IMG/VR virus record: IMGVR_UViG_3300013132_000034 | Location: 33,368-97,367 of that record | DNA: 64,000 nucleotides | Direction: 5' to 3' (one strand) | Source: a virus | Shown here: positions 32,539 through 40,924 of the stretch, one piece after another | Position numbering within the stretch: the stretch's first letter is position 1 | How the letters are laid out: each line of letters begins with the position of its first letter | Made by a program: the position numbers and the translations under genes | Notes under the pieces: generated by a model | Database searches by the model: none | Told to the model about the DNA's origin: nothing | The model's input: the letters and a program-made list of their open reading frames with translations, nothing else

Positions 32539-32938
32539 TTTTGGTATCTAGAACGAGTGGTGTTAAAGGTATGGGTTCAGTTACCGCAGCTGTTTCTGCA
32601 GTTATAATTATTGAATTATTCTTACCGCATGTGCCGCACTTATAAGAATTTTCTTGATTTAATACAACAGGCACAAACTCCTTAACTTTTTTATAGCAAG
32701 GACATTCAACTTCTATTCCTTGTTTAGAATATTCAGAAAGTGTTAAGGCTTGTATTTGTTTAAATTTTATTTCGCTTAAAAAATCAATAACTGACCCCAC
32801 AATATAAAAAATAACAAATTGCGCAATTGTAGTTACAAGAAATACCGTCCAAAAACTATGCGTAAATGGCATTAATATTAATGCTAAAAGAGTACTTACA
32901 ATACATGTAGTAAAAGTGCTTTTAAGTAAACTAAACAC
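32531..32938 (-). CDS. Membrane protein with C-terminal Cys (Zn-ribbon-like) motif
   Basis: Two hydrophobic N-terminal segments; CPC...CGTC. Confidence 0.65.
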   Translation of the reverse strand: MFSLLKSTFTTCIVSTLLALILMPFTHSFWTVFLVTTIAQFVIFYIVGSVIDFLSEIKFKQIQALTLSEYSKQGIEVECPCYKKVKEFVPVVLNQENSYKCGTCGKNNSIIITAETAAVTEPIPLTPLVLDTKNG

Positions 32939-32945
32939 AATCTAT

Positions 32946-32973
32946 ATTATAATATAAAAATATTAACTTTCAA
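32946..32973 (-). promoter_or_regulatory. Sigma70-type promoter
   Basis: TTGAAA-16 nt-TATAAT-7 nt-GTG(32938). Confidence 0.75.
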
Positions 32974-33334
32974 CTAATTTCTTAACAACATAGGCTAATT
33001 TTTTTGTAATGCCATAAATCTTTTGAGTTAATAATCTAGCAAACTTTAAATAAGTCTTTTTTCTCTTAACAGTAGGATTTGCTGCAGCTTCACCTAATTT
33101 AGAATATAAATTATCACAGCATATAAAAATATGTTCTATTAGGTCGTAAACATTTGTTAATTCAGAAGGCACTGCTCTTTTAACGTTAACATTGTTAGGA
33201 TTTTGATGTTGATTACCAAATATACCGTTAATAGTGACAGGATTAGATTTCAACTCCCTATTAGCTAATCCTGCAACATACCTATCACCTGTCATCATCT
33301 GTGTATCTTCACACATTTTTTTGAATGAAATCAT
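32963..33334 (-). CDS. Hypothetical late protein
   Basis: Start moved to ATG 33334 (MISFKKMCED), 5 nt after TAAATA. Confidence 0.65.
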   Translation of the reverse strand: MISFKKMCEDTQMMTGDRYVAGLANRELKSNPVTINGIFGNQHQNPNNVNVKRAVPSELTNVYDLIEHIFICCDNLYSKLGEAAANPTVKRKKTYLKFARLLTQKIYGITKKLAYVVKKLVES

Positions 33335-33335
33335 A

Positions 33336-33352
33336 TAAATATTTAATAAATA
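33336..33352. promoter_or_regulatory. Back-to-back late (gp55-type) promoters
   Basis: Palindrome TAAATATTTA (33336-33345) plus TAAATA (33347-33352); each gene start lies 5 nt from a box (33334 minus, 33358 plus). Confidence 0.7.
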
Positions 33353-33357
33353 AATAT

Positions 33358-33774
33358 ATGAAAAATTATCAATCACGCTTTTTTAAGATAATTGAAGCTG
33401 ATGAAAACGCTGTAACAGCGGATCAATCCGCAGATCAAGTAGCCGCAAATCAACAACTAACTACAACTGATGTTAAGGATTTAGGTGCTGTAAAAGGTGC
33501 AGATCAAGTTGCAGTAGCAAAGCAAGAGTCAACAGCTCAGCAGTTAACTGAGCTGCAGAGTTGGATAGGAAGGCTTGATGAGTTTATCACATATTTGAAC
33601 GGTGTAGATGAAAATTCTATTCAAACTAAGCTACACAAAGCAGGGTGCGATTCATTATTTGAAAAGATAGCAAGAAGTGAAACAAAGAAAATTGCTAGAG
33701 TAGCGGTAGATTTAAGTTCTTTAGCTGAATCACTCAAGGGCTATCTCATTGCTGGTTCTAACGATAACGGATAA
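33358..33774 (+). CDS. Hypothetical late protein with capsid-targeting-like N-terminus
   Basis: Start moved to ATG 33358 (MKNYQSRFFKIIEA). Confidence 0.7.
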   Translation: MKNYQSRFFKIIEADENAVTADQSADQVAANQQLTTTDVKDLGAVKGADQVAVAKQESTAQQLTELQSWIGRLDEFITYLNGVDENSIQTKLHKAGCDSLFEKIARSETKKIARVAVDLSSLAESLKGYLIAGSNDNG

Positions 33775-34801
33775 TTTTACTAAGTTGTACTAATCCTTTA
33801 AGACCCGTTACTGTATTGTTGAGTATTACTTCCGGTTTAATACAATTACGATTTAGTTTAACACAAATTTCATTAAAGTCTTTATATTTTTTACCGAGCT
33901 TTTCTGGCCATACGAACACACTTTCATTTTGTTCTAGCAAGATTCTAGATTTTCTAGCGCTTGCTGAGTCCTGCCATTGTGAATCCAATACATATATTTT
34001 TTTGTGTAGTTTATATTGATCAATTTGAGTTTTTTGTAATGTATTAAATGTTTGTCTGCTTTTCTCTTGAATGCCTGTAATACCAACACCATTTTCTATA
34101 AAACACGAATCGATGGGGCCTTCGAAAATAAAAATATACTCTAATTCATCTTTTATATTATCAATATTAAACAAAGATTTTTCACCGGATATTTTAGATA
34201 GATATTTTGGCTTTGTTTTATTATCAGAATCTAATAAAGTTCTGGTTTGGTAAAAAACTATATTATTATTATAATAGAAGGGTATAACTAATCTATTTTT
34301 ATGAACTTTATCAGTTAAAGATAAGAAAAAAGTGGGGGGCGGATTTATACAAGTATTAAGCTTTCTAGCTTTTATATATTCTAAAGCTAGCTTAACAATT
34401 TTATTATCTTTATAGAATTCGAGTTGAGAGGAGTCACTCAAATTAATTGAATTGTCAGGCAATGTACTCGATTGTATAGTGGGTTTAGTTTCTTCTTTTT
34501 CGTTTTTAACTTCCTTTACATTATCAATACTAAAATGTTTTATCTCATTAATAATTTCAATATCATTACTGCCGCTAACATGTTTTATCCATTTGTAAGG
34601 GGCGCTGTACCAGCCACAATTGTGACAACATATAACTTGTTTCTTGGGAAGATAGAATAACCTTCTTTTTTTCCCCCAACTATTACCTTCTCTACAAATA
34701 GGGCATCCACCCTCATATACATTAGCTAATCTCTTATATTTTGCATACCCTGCATATTGAAAAAATTTAGCTACTACATATTCGTCTGGGACTACAATCA
34801 C
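33758..34801 (-). CDS. DNA primase (gp61-like)
   Basis: Zn finger CPIC...CHNC, RLVIPF, TOPRIM FEGPIDS, KDFNE. Confidence 0.93.
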   Translation of the reverse strand: MIVVPDEYVVAKFFQYAGYAKYKRLANVYEGGCPICREGNSWGKKRRLFYLPKKQVICCHNCGWYSAPYKWIKHVSGSNDIEIINEIKHFSIDNVKEVKNEKEETKPTIQSSTLPDNSINLSDSSQLEFYKDNKIVKLALEYIKARKLNTCINPPPTFFLSLTDKVHKNRLVIPFYYNNNIVFYQTRTLLDSDNKTKPKYLSKISGEKSLFNIDNIKDELEYIFIFEGPIDSCFIENGVGITGIQEKSRQTFNTLQKTQIDQYKLHKKIYVLDSQWQDSASARKSRILLEQNESVFVWPEKLGKKYKDFNEICVKLNRNCIKPEVILNNTVTGLKGLVQLSKIIRYR

Positions 34802-34807
34802 AATACA

Positions 34808-34834
34808 ATTTTAACTACAAAAACTAGAATACAA
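34808..34834 (-). promoter_or_regulatory. Sigma70-type promoter for primase
   Basis: TTGTAT-15 nt-TAAAAT-6 nt-GTG(34801). Confidence 0.6.
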
Positions 34835-34835
34835 G

Positions 34836-35024
34836 TTATTGTTTTTTAGGTCTCATTTCAACAATACCTTTTTGTATAAACAAACCATTAGCAGGATCAT
34901 ACCAATGCGCTTCAACGTATATATTATCACCTACAACTCTTTCAATAATTTTAGGGATTGATACCTGACCGCTAGGCGAGACTATTTTAATAGGTTGTAC
35001 ATAATCACCATTAGGCAAATTCAT
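34836..35024 (-). CDS. Small hypothetical protein
   Basis: 62-aa ORF; TAAATA 5 nt upstream of ATG. Confidence 0.7.
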   Translation of the reverse strand: MNLPNGDYVQPIKIVSPSGQVSIPKIIERVVGDNIYVEAHWYDPANGLFIQKGIVEMRPKKQ

Positions 35025-35032
35025 ACTAGTAT

Positions 35033-35314
35033 TTACTCTGCATGTATGTTTTTTAAATACTGAGCTTTAACTACTTCAAATATGTCGTTAGGCAATACTT
35101 CAATATAATCAATGATATTAGTTCTATAACTAGCGAGAAACTCAGTCTTTTTTATAGAATGAGGCAACATATCAGGTAGAATTAAAAAATAAGCTTCTTC
35201 AGAATCAGAATAATCAACTAATACAGCAAATTTACCGATGTAAATGCCTTTTGTATAGGCAAAAATGGAACCGGGATTAAAAGTCCTTTTAAATTTTTTA
35301 AATAGCTTTATCAT
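35033..35314 (-). CDS. Hypothetical protein
   Basis: ORF overlapping the end of the sugar epimerase/reductase gene; ATG at 35314 preferred. Confidence 0.6.
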   Translation of the reverse strand: MIKLFKKFKRTFNPGSIFAYTKGIYIGKFAVLVDYSDSEEAYFLILPDMLPHSIKKTEFLASYRTNIIDYIEVLPNDIFEVVKAQYLKNIHAE

Positions 35315-36176
35315 CACCAAATCCCAACAAGTATTTCATATTTTTTATACAAATATCTAATGCAACGTTTGTATCTGTAAAATTAAAGCCTAATTGCTTA
35401 ACTTTAGCGTTTGAAAGAACACAATTAGATCTATTAGCTTTTACGTTTAAATCCTTAACATCAATAATATTCCATGAAGGGTTGTTGATTTCGTTGGCTC
35501 TAAAAATTTCTATTATATCTCTTGCCTCCATAGCATTGTCGTTCACAACATTATATATACCGGGTTTAAAGTTGTAACCTCTTACCAAATAATATATAAA
35601 TTTGTTTAAATCATCTATATACGTAAGACTATTACGCATGCTTATTAAATTATTATAGGAATAAATTTTTGTAAGATAGTTTTTATCTTCTAATGTATGT
35701 GTAAAAGGCATTCTTATTCTTAAGATTGCTAAGTTTTCGTTATTAAATTTATTAGCTAATTCAAAAATGTGTTTAGTTTTTGAATAAAATGAGGATTCAG
35801 AATTAAAAATACCAAAATTAGGCTCATCCTCTTCCGTAAACTCTTTATCATAACCTGTATATATACAACCGGAAGATACATATATATGTCTTATGCTTAA
35901 TTCATGACATACTGATTGTACTAATAGAGGCACCTCTACGTTATACTTAAAACAATCTTGCTTATTTTGTTCGCACCCATCTACATTAGGTCTACCGGTG
36001 TAACCGGAACAATTTATAACAAAATCGGGATTTTCTTGTAGAAGATATTTTTTAAAAACTTCTTTATTTGAATAATCTAATATCTCCTTAGTTATATGCT
36101 TTAAATTAAAAAAACTTCCTTGCAAAAATCTTTGCAAATGATTACCTATAAACCCGCCTCCAAGAATTAAAATCAT
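35298..36176 (-). CDS. NDP-4-keto-6-deoxyglucose 3,5-epimerase/4-reductase (NRS/ER-type rhamnose synthase, RmlD-like SDR)
   Basis: GGGFIG Rossmann motif, NCSGYTGRPNVDGCE, SSGCIY, SFYSKTK, LRIRMP (NRS/ER-family signature). Confidence 0.85.
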   Translation of the reverse strand: MILILGGGFIGNHLQRFLQGSFFNLKHITKEILDYSNKEVFKKYLLQENPDFVINCSGYTGRPNVDGCEQNKQDCFKYNVEVPLLVQSVCHELSIRHIYVSSGCIYTGYDKEFTEEDEPNFGIFNSESSFYSKTKHIFELANKFNNENLAILRIRMPFTHTLEDKNYLTKIYSYNNLISMRNSLTYIDDLNKFIYYLVRGYNFKPGIYNVVNDNAMEARDIIEIFRANEINNPSWNIIDVKDLNVKANRSNCVLSNAKVKQLGFNFTDTNVALDICIKNMKYLLGFGDDKAI

Positions 36177-36475
36177 TAAAATGGAAAGTCTTTATCTGGA
36201 TCTTCAGACTGATTAAACAAAAACTTATTAAGTAACGCAGATAATGAATCAGCCTCTTGTTGATTGTGCGCCGAAATAACATGTACAGGCTCACCTGTAG
36301 GTGAATAGCCCAGTAAAATATAACTGTTTAAAAACTCTTCTATAGTAGCTTTTAATGCTTCAATGTCTCTTGTTTTTGAAGTAATCTCGGATGCTTGTGA
36401 TGAGAGGTAATTATTAAGAGCTGCTTTTAAAATTTTATCTAATTCTTGAGACTTTTTTTCTTTCTTATTTTTCAT
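36176..36475 (-). CDS. Hypothetical protein
   Basis: 99-aa ORF, TAATG-coupled to the downstream gene. Confidence 0.7.
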   Translation of the reverse strand: MKNKKEKKSQELDKILKAALNNYLSSQASEITSKTRDIEALKATIEEFLNSYILLGYSPTGEPVHVISAHNQQEADSLSALLNKFLFNQSEDPDKDFPF

Positions 36476-36505
36476 ATTATCACCCCATTGTCATTATTAT
36501 CTTTT

Positions 36506-36871
36506 TTAGGCTTCTTCATTAATAATATTTAATTGTTTCTTTACGTAGATGCTATTATCGCTTACATTATTTGCGACACCTCTTGCTATTAATTGCTGTA
36601 TAACAACCTCAAGCGAGTCTGTTTTAAGATTAAAATTTTTAGGAAATTTAACGCCGCCATCGTTAAATTCAAACAATACATCATTTAAAAAATCTTTATT
36701 CGTATAACATGTTATAAAGACAGACGAACCGCTTGGATCAACTAAAATTGTCCATCTACGCGGATCATGCTTACCGTACCTAAAAAACATTTTTAATACT
36801 ATAAAACCATTATCACGGAGTCTTTTTATAAAATATCCTGCTGTTTTAATCTTGTTGTTAGATATTTTCAT
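36506..36871 (-). CDS. Hypothetical protein
   Basis: 121-aa ORF directly after the sliding clamp gene. Confidence 0.7.
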   Translation of the reverse strand: MKISNNKIKTAGYFIKRLRDNGFIVLKMFFRYGKHDPRRWTILVDPSGSSVFITCYTNKDFLNDVLFEFNDGGVKFPKNFNLKTDSLEVVIQQLIARGVANNVSDNSIYVKKQLNIINEEA

Positions 36872-37612
36872 TTAATTGACTAATGCCGATACTACATACT
36901 TACCGCTATATCCGGATTCTTCAAGGTCAAAAAGAAATACCCCAAGATTGCTATTAAATTTAACGTTTAATAAGTTAGATTTTGATGAGCTTATTAATCT
37001 TACAATTTCAAAATTTACAGCAACTGGTTGATTTATTTTGTCCCCAGCAAATTCATCCGAAATTTTTATGGCTATACTATCCACATTATGTCTATTGTTA
37101 TCAGTAAAATCACAAAATACGTTATTATTCTCAGTGTATAGATAGAGCTTACTAATATCTAATGCAATAGTACTTGCTTTTAAAATATTCTGTAAATCTA
37201 ATTTTTTAATATTGAAATTTGTAGAAAATTCTAAAGAAAATATTTTTTTTACATTAATTTTTGGTACTATGATAATACCATCTTCAAGCAAATGATATTT
37301 AAATTTAAAATAGTTACTTTTAAAAGATATATTATTGTTTTCTAAAGCTAGTTCTTGTGAATCTTCCTCAATACAAGAAAATATTTTAATTAATTTCTTT
37401 ACATCAGGTACATTAATAGTTACTAAATTATCATTTATAAAGTTATTCTTTTGACTTGTTGAGGTATAATATACAACGGTATTGTCATTATTACTACAAA
37501 CACAAAACGCGTTGTTTTTTTCAAAGCTTAGTACGCAACTATCGACTAATTTAGAAATACTAGTTAGATAACCGTTAGTAAAACTTTTTAGAGCTTCAAT
37601 TTTGAGAGCCAT
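36872..37612 (-). CDS. Sliding clamp (gp45-like)
   Basis: 246 aa, clamp-like beta-alpha-beta pattern (INVPDVKKLIKIF, FKYHL, YVVSAL); close to gp32. Confidence 0.7.
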   Translation of the reverse strand: MALKIEALKSFTNGYLTSISKLVDSCVLSFEKNNAFCVCSNNDNTVVYYTSTSQKNNFINDNLVTINVPDVKKLIKIFSCIEEDSQELALENNNISFKSNYFKFKYHLLEDGIIIVPKINVKKIFSLEFSTNFNIKKLDLQNILKASTIALDISKLYLYTENNNVFCDFTDNNRHNVDSIAIKISDEFAGDKINQPVAVNFEIVRLISSSKSNLLNVKFNSNLGVFLFDLEESGYSGKYVVSALVN

Positions 37613-37621
37613 TTATTGATA

Positions 37622-38038
37622 TTATATGTCTTTTTTTTTATTATCAAGAGCTTCTCTTAATTTAAATACTTCTGATTCTAATGAAATTACTTTGCGATAA
37701 ACATCGTCTATTTTTTGAAAAATTTCATTTAAATCATATTTTTTATCGAATGGTAAAAGCAATTGATCATCATTTACATTAGGAGCTGCTACAGTAACAG
37801 TTTGTAATACTGGTTGATGGCTAGGCTGTACCGCTTGTTGCTGTTGCGCATGTGATATTGGATTTATACCTTTAGATAAATCATGTTCTAGAGCAACTTT
37901 TTTAATGTCAAGGGATTCAGGTCTAATACGACCATCAATAATTTTTGAATCAATCTCATTAAGAGAACCTTTTACAGCGCCAAGAAAACTAACTAATGCT
38001 AAATTTTCTTGATATTCTTCCTGTGGTGTTTTAGTCAT
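37622..38038 (-). CDS. Hypothetical protein with QLLLPF motif and C-terminal coiled coil
   Basis: 138-aa ORF between gp32 and the clamp. Confidence 0.7.
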   Translation of the reverse strand: MTKTPQEEYQENLALVSFLGAVKGSLNEIDSKIIDGRIRPESLDIKKVALEHDLSKGINPISHAQQQQAVQPSHQPVLQTVTVAAPNVNDDQLLLPFDKKYDLNEIFQKIDDVYRKVISLESEVFKLREALDNKKKDI

Positions 38039-38873
38039 CTATACCATCTAAAAGTCTCTTAACTTCATCGTCATCAACTGCAGTTGTATCGGTGGTTGGT
38101 GATGCGGCAAGAGCGGGCTCTCTAGTAGAACTTTTCTTAGTATCAACAGACTCATCATTATTAGCTTCTATACATAGAAAATGTTCATCGAGAAGCTTCT
38201 TAAGATCATCATACGATTTTACTGGATTGATCTTCGCAAGATCATGTACACCATTAAGGACTTCTTTAATATTCTTATCATTTAAACTATCGATTGCCTT
38301 AGGCATAGAAAACTTAGAAGACACATATGTCTTGTATCCACCTTGTGTTTCACAAACTATCTTTAAATTAACACCATCAGATTTGAGCGAGAAAACACGA
38401 GGACCAAGGTCGTCAGCATCATCACCATCGATAGCGCGCATAACAATCTTGTGAAGTTGTTTACCGAACTGCAATATTTTAACTTTACCATTGTTATCAG
38501 GGTTAGTTGGGTCTTCAACTACATAAACATTAACTAACCATCTCTCTGCCCAAACTAATGAACTAGCTTTCTTCTTTTCATCTTCTGTACCGGAACGAAG
38601 AAGTTTGTATTTGAGTTCAGAGATTGGATCGCGTTCACCAAATGTTGATGGAGAAATAGCAGAAATAAATTTACCGGTAGCATAACTATTCCAGGAATGC
38701 TGAAAGTAATGAAAAAAGGTTTTTGACGGATCTGTAATATTAGGTAGAAGTCTAACAACATAAGTTTTATCAGATTCCATTCGCAGAATGTCGCGGTAAG
38801 ATGAATTGGTAGAATCCTGTCTAACAAGAGCGGTTTTTATACTTTCAAACATTGACTTGGTGATATCGTTCAT
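38031..38873 (-). CDS. Single-stranded DNA-binding protein (gp32-like)
   Basis: VRLLP, NVYVVEDPTNPDNNGKVKILQFGKQL, YVSSKF, KSYDDLK; acidic tail. Confidence 0.9.
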   Translation of the reverse strand: MNDITKSMFESIKTALVRQDSTNSSYRDILRMESDKTYVVRLLPNITDPSKTFFHYFQHSWNSYATGKFISAISPSTFGERDPISELKYKLLRSGTEDEKKKASSLVWAERWLVNVYVVEDPTNPDNNGKVKILQFGKQLHKIVMRAIDGDDADDLGPRVFSLKSDGVNLKIVCETQGGYKTYVSSKFSMPKAIDSLNDKNIKEVLNGVHDLAKINPVKSYDDLKKLLDEHFLCIEANNDESVDTKKSSTREPALAASPTTDTTAVDDDEVKRLLDGIDD

Positions 38874-38879
38874 AAGAAT

Positions 38880-38907
38880 ATAATAGTATGTTTTATATAA
38901 ATATCAA
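38880..38907 (-). promoter_or_regulatory. Sigma70-type promoter for gp32
   Basis: TTGATA-16 nt-TATTAT-6 nt-ATG(38873). Confidence 0.7.
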
Positions 38908-39536
38908 GCAATTTTCTTTAAACCTTCTCTTACTAATATTTTAAGTTTTTTAGACCTAATAAAATTATTATAAATATTGTCAGTATTTTCTAAAATGTTG
39001 CCTAAAATAAATTTATATGTTTCAAAATGTTTGTTAAGTTTAGCGACTGCATTGGTATATCCCATAACAGTATAAAGATTTATTTTATGTTCTTGTAAAT
39101 GTGTGATAAATGAAGGTAATGTTTCATCATTTTTAGTATAATCTAAATAATTTAAAACGCTTATATTATTTTCTTTGCAAAATTGTTTAATGAATTTAAT
39201 TGAATCTAATGTGTATTTTAGACAATCTTCACTATCCGGGTTACATGACTCGTTTTGATTTTTGTAAAGATTATATGCTTTTATAGCTTTAGGGCTTATA
39301 AAATACTTTAGGTCGAAAAATTTTTCGTCTTTATAAATTTTATATGGCGCATTAAAAAAATCATCTATATTAATTTTTTTAAATTTATTAAAAAATAAGC
39401 TTAGTTTTTTTACATAAAAAACAGTACTATCATCTAAGTCAGAAAAGTCTTTTCTTAAATTATAAGGTTTATTATTATTTTTTTTGTAACAGCTTAGATG
39501 TTTATTGTAAATAAATTTTTCGAAATCATTAAGCAT
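38904..39536 (-). CDS. Hypothetical protein, possibly gp59-like helicase loader
   Basis: 210 aa, upstream of gp32 as gp59 is in T4; similarity is weak. Confidence 0.5.
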   Translation of the reverse strand: MLNDFEKFIYNKHLSCYKKNNNKPYNLRKDFSDLDDSTVFYVKKLSLFFNKFKKINIDDFFNAPYKIYKDEKFFDLKYFISPKAIKAYNLYKNQNESCNPDSEDCLKYTLDSIKFIKQFCKENNISVLNYLDYTKNDETLPSFITHLQEHKINLYTVMGYTNAVAKLNKHFETYKFILGNILENTDNIYNNFIRSKKLKILVREGLKKIA

Positions 39537-39738
39537 TATAAAACTTCCACTTAAACCTAGATCTCTCTTTTTTAAGCTTCTTTAAGACTGAAGGTTTAGA
39601 CACTCTTCTCCTATATCTTAAATCCTCGAGAACTTCTGATTGCTTAACTTGTTTTATGAATGCGTTAAGTTTTTTATCAAAATATTCCTTATTGGTTGCT
39701 TTTTTTGTATCTAATTTTACTTCTGCGTTTATTCTCAT
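39529..39738 (-). CDS. rpsU: Phage-encoded ribosomal protein bS21 (divergent)
   Basis: 69 aa, basic; FDKKLNAFIKQVKQSEVLEDLRYRRRVSKPSVLKK aligns by eye with the bS21 pattern F..AL.RF...V...G.L...R.R....KPS..RK. Confidence 0.75.
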   Translation of the reverse strand: MRINAEVKLDTKKATNKEYFDKKLNAFIKQVKQSEVLEDLRYRRRVSKPSVLKKLKKERSRFKWKFYNA

Positions 39739-40016
39739 GGTTTTTCTCTATTAAGGTATTTCATTATGTATTTGCTCTTATATAATGTAGGATCAAATTC
39801 AAAGAATATTTTAAATGCATTGTAATCATTATCCACTTCTAAAACTTGTTTTAATAATTTTTTGACACCTTCATTTTTTAGGCAGAGCAAAAATATGTTT
39901 GCGAGGTTTAATTTCTTACCATTAGTTAAATAGATAAATGTACAAAAAGAAAGAAAATTATGCATAGTTTCAGATTCAACTAACTTATACGACGGATTAA
40001 GTTCGCGTATGTTCAT
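39735..40016 (-). CDS. Hypothetical protein
   Basis: 93-aa ORF, ATGA-coupled to bS21. Confidence 0.7.
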   Translation of the reverse strand: MNIRELNPSYKLVESETMHNFLSFCTFIYLTNGKKLNLANIFLLCLKNEGVKKLLKQVLEVDNDYNAFKIFFEFDPTLYKSKYIMKYLNREKP

Positions 40017-40893
40017 TTAAAGGAAAAAATTTCTTGGTAGCTTCCAGTATGTTTTCGTTAATTGAGCTGTATGCTGCATACTCGGTGCCATAGCCTGAAA
40101 AACATTTATTTACTAAATCACCTAAATCAACATTTAAATTTTTATTCTTCCTAAAATGAGCTGTTTTCTTTTCTAAATCTAGTACTAAGGCAATATCATA
40201 TCCTTTTTTAAGTATTTTATGTGCTGCTTCGTTTTTAAATTTATTACAAAAAGTAGATACAGTGTTGTAGTTTTTACCGTCAAAAAGCAAGTTGCCTTTA
40301 AAAAGTCTTAATCCTTTGAGAGTAATAGCTAGTTCTTTTAAAATTATATTAATTTTGCTATTCTCTGATTCTGTAAAGATTATAACACCAGAATTAAATT
40401 TTTTTATAAATGCCTCTACTTTATTAAAATCGGGCAATGTTTTGAAATAGTAGAACAATTTTAAAGGTGTCAAATCTTCATTAAATTCGAACGTCAAATA
40501 GCTCTTGACATTATTGAGGAATATAAGTTGATTATTTGTTATCACATTATTAGAATGTGCTTTAAACAATTTTATAAATTGTTCTAATGTAGTAATACTA
40601 TCTGCAGATAGTATATGTGCATTTTTAAGTTTTGGTAAATCTATCAATTTTTTATTAATAATGTAAATATTTTTTTTATCTAAATCATTACTAAAATTTT
40701 TAAAATTATAAAATCCAACAACATATACAAATTTAAATTGTTCAAAATCTAATTTTTTTAAATCATTATACAGATTATTTTCGGTTGAAACAACAACAGT
40801 AATATTTTCTTTCTGTGTAAACCATTTAAACGACAGTATACACGTTGCAGCTTCAATGTTTGAGGGCACTACAAAACAGTATTTATCCGTCAT
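39997..40893 (-). CDS. Degenerate DHH/DHHA1 phosphoesterase-like protein
   Basis: DHH-family layout with eroded motifs (SNIEAA for DxDG, IINKK for IDHH, GYGTEYAA for GGGHxxAA; HFRK..VDLG retained). Confidence 0.55.
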   Translation of the reverse strand: MTDKYCFVVPSNIEAATCILSFKWFTQKENITVVVSTENNLYNDLKKLDFEQFKFVYVVGFYNFKNFSNDLDKKNIYIINKKLIDLPKLKNAHILSADSITTLEQFIKLFKAHSNNVITNNQLIFLNNVKSYLTFEFNEDLTPLKLFYYFKTLPDFNKVEAFIKKFNSGVIIFTESENSKINIILKELAITLKGLRLFKGNLLFDGKNYNTVSTFCNKFKNEAAHKILKKGYDIALVLDLEKKTAHFRKNKNLNVDLGDLVNKCFSGYGTEYAAYSSINENILEATKKFFPLNEHTRT

Positions 40894-40924
40894 TATTTAA
40901 TTATTTAGGAAATATCAATTATAA

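Noticed and set aside
38896-38903. Plus-strand TATAAATA as an antisense late promoter
   Set aside because: No downstream plus-strand gene; such a match can arise by chance in AT-rich DNA and cannot be supported without transcript data.
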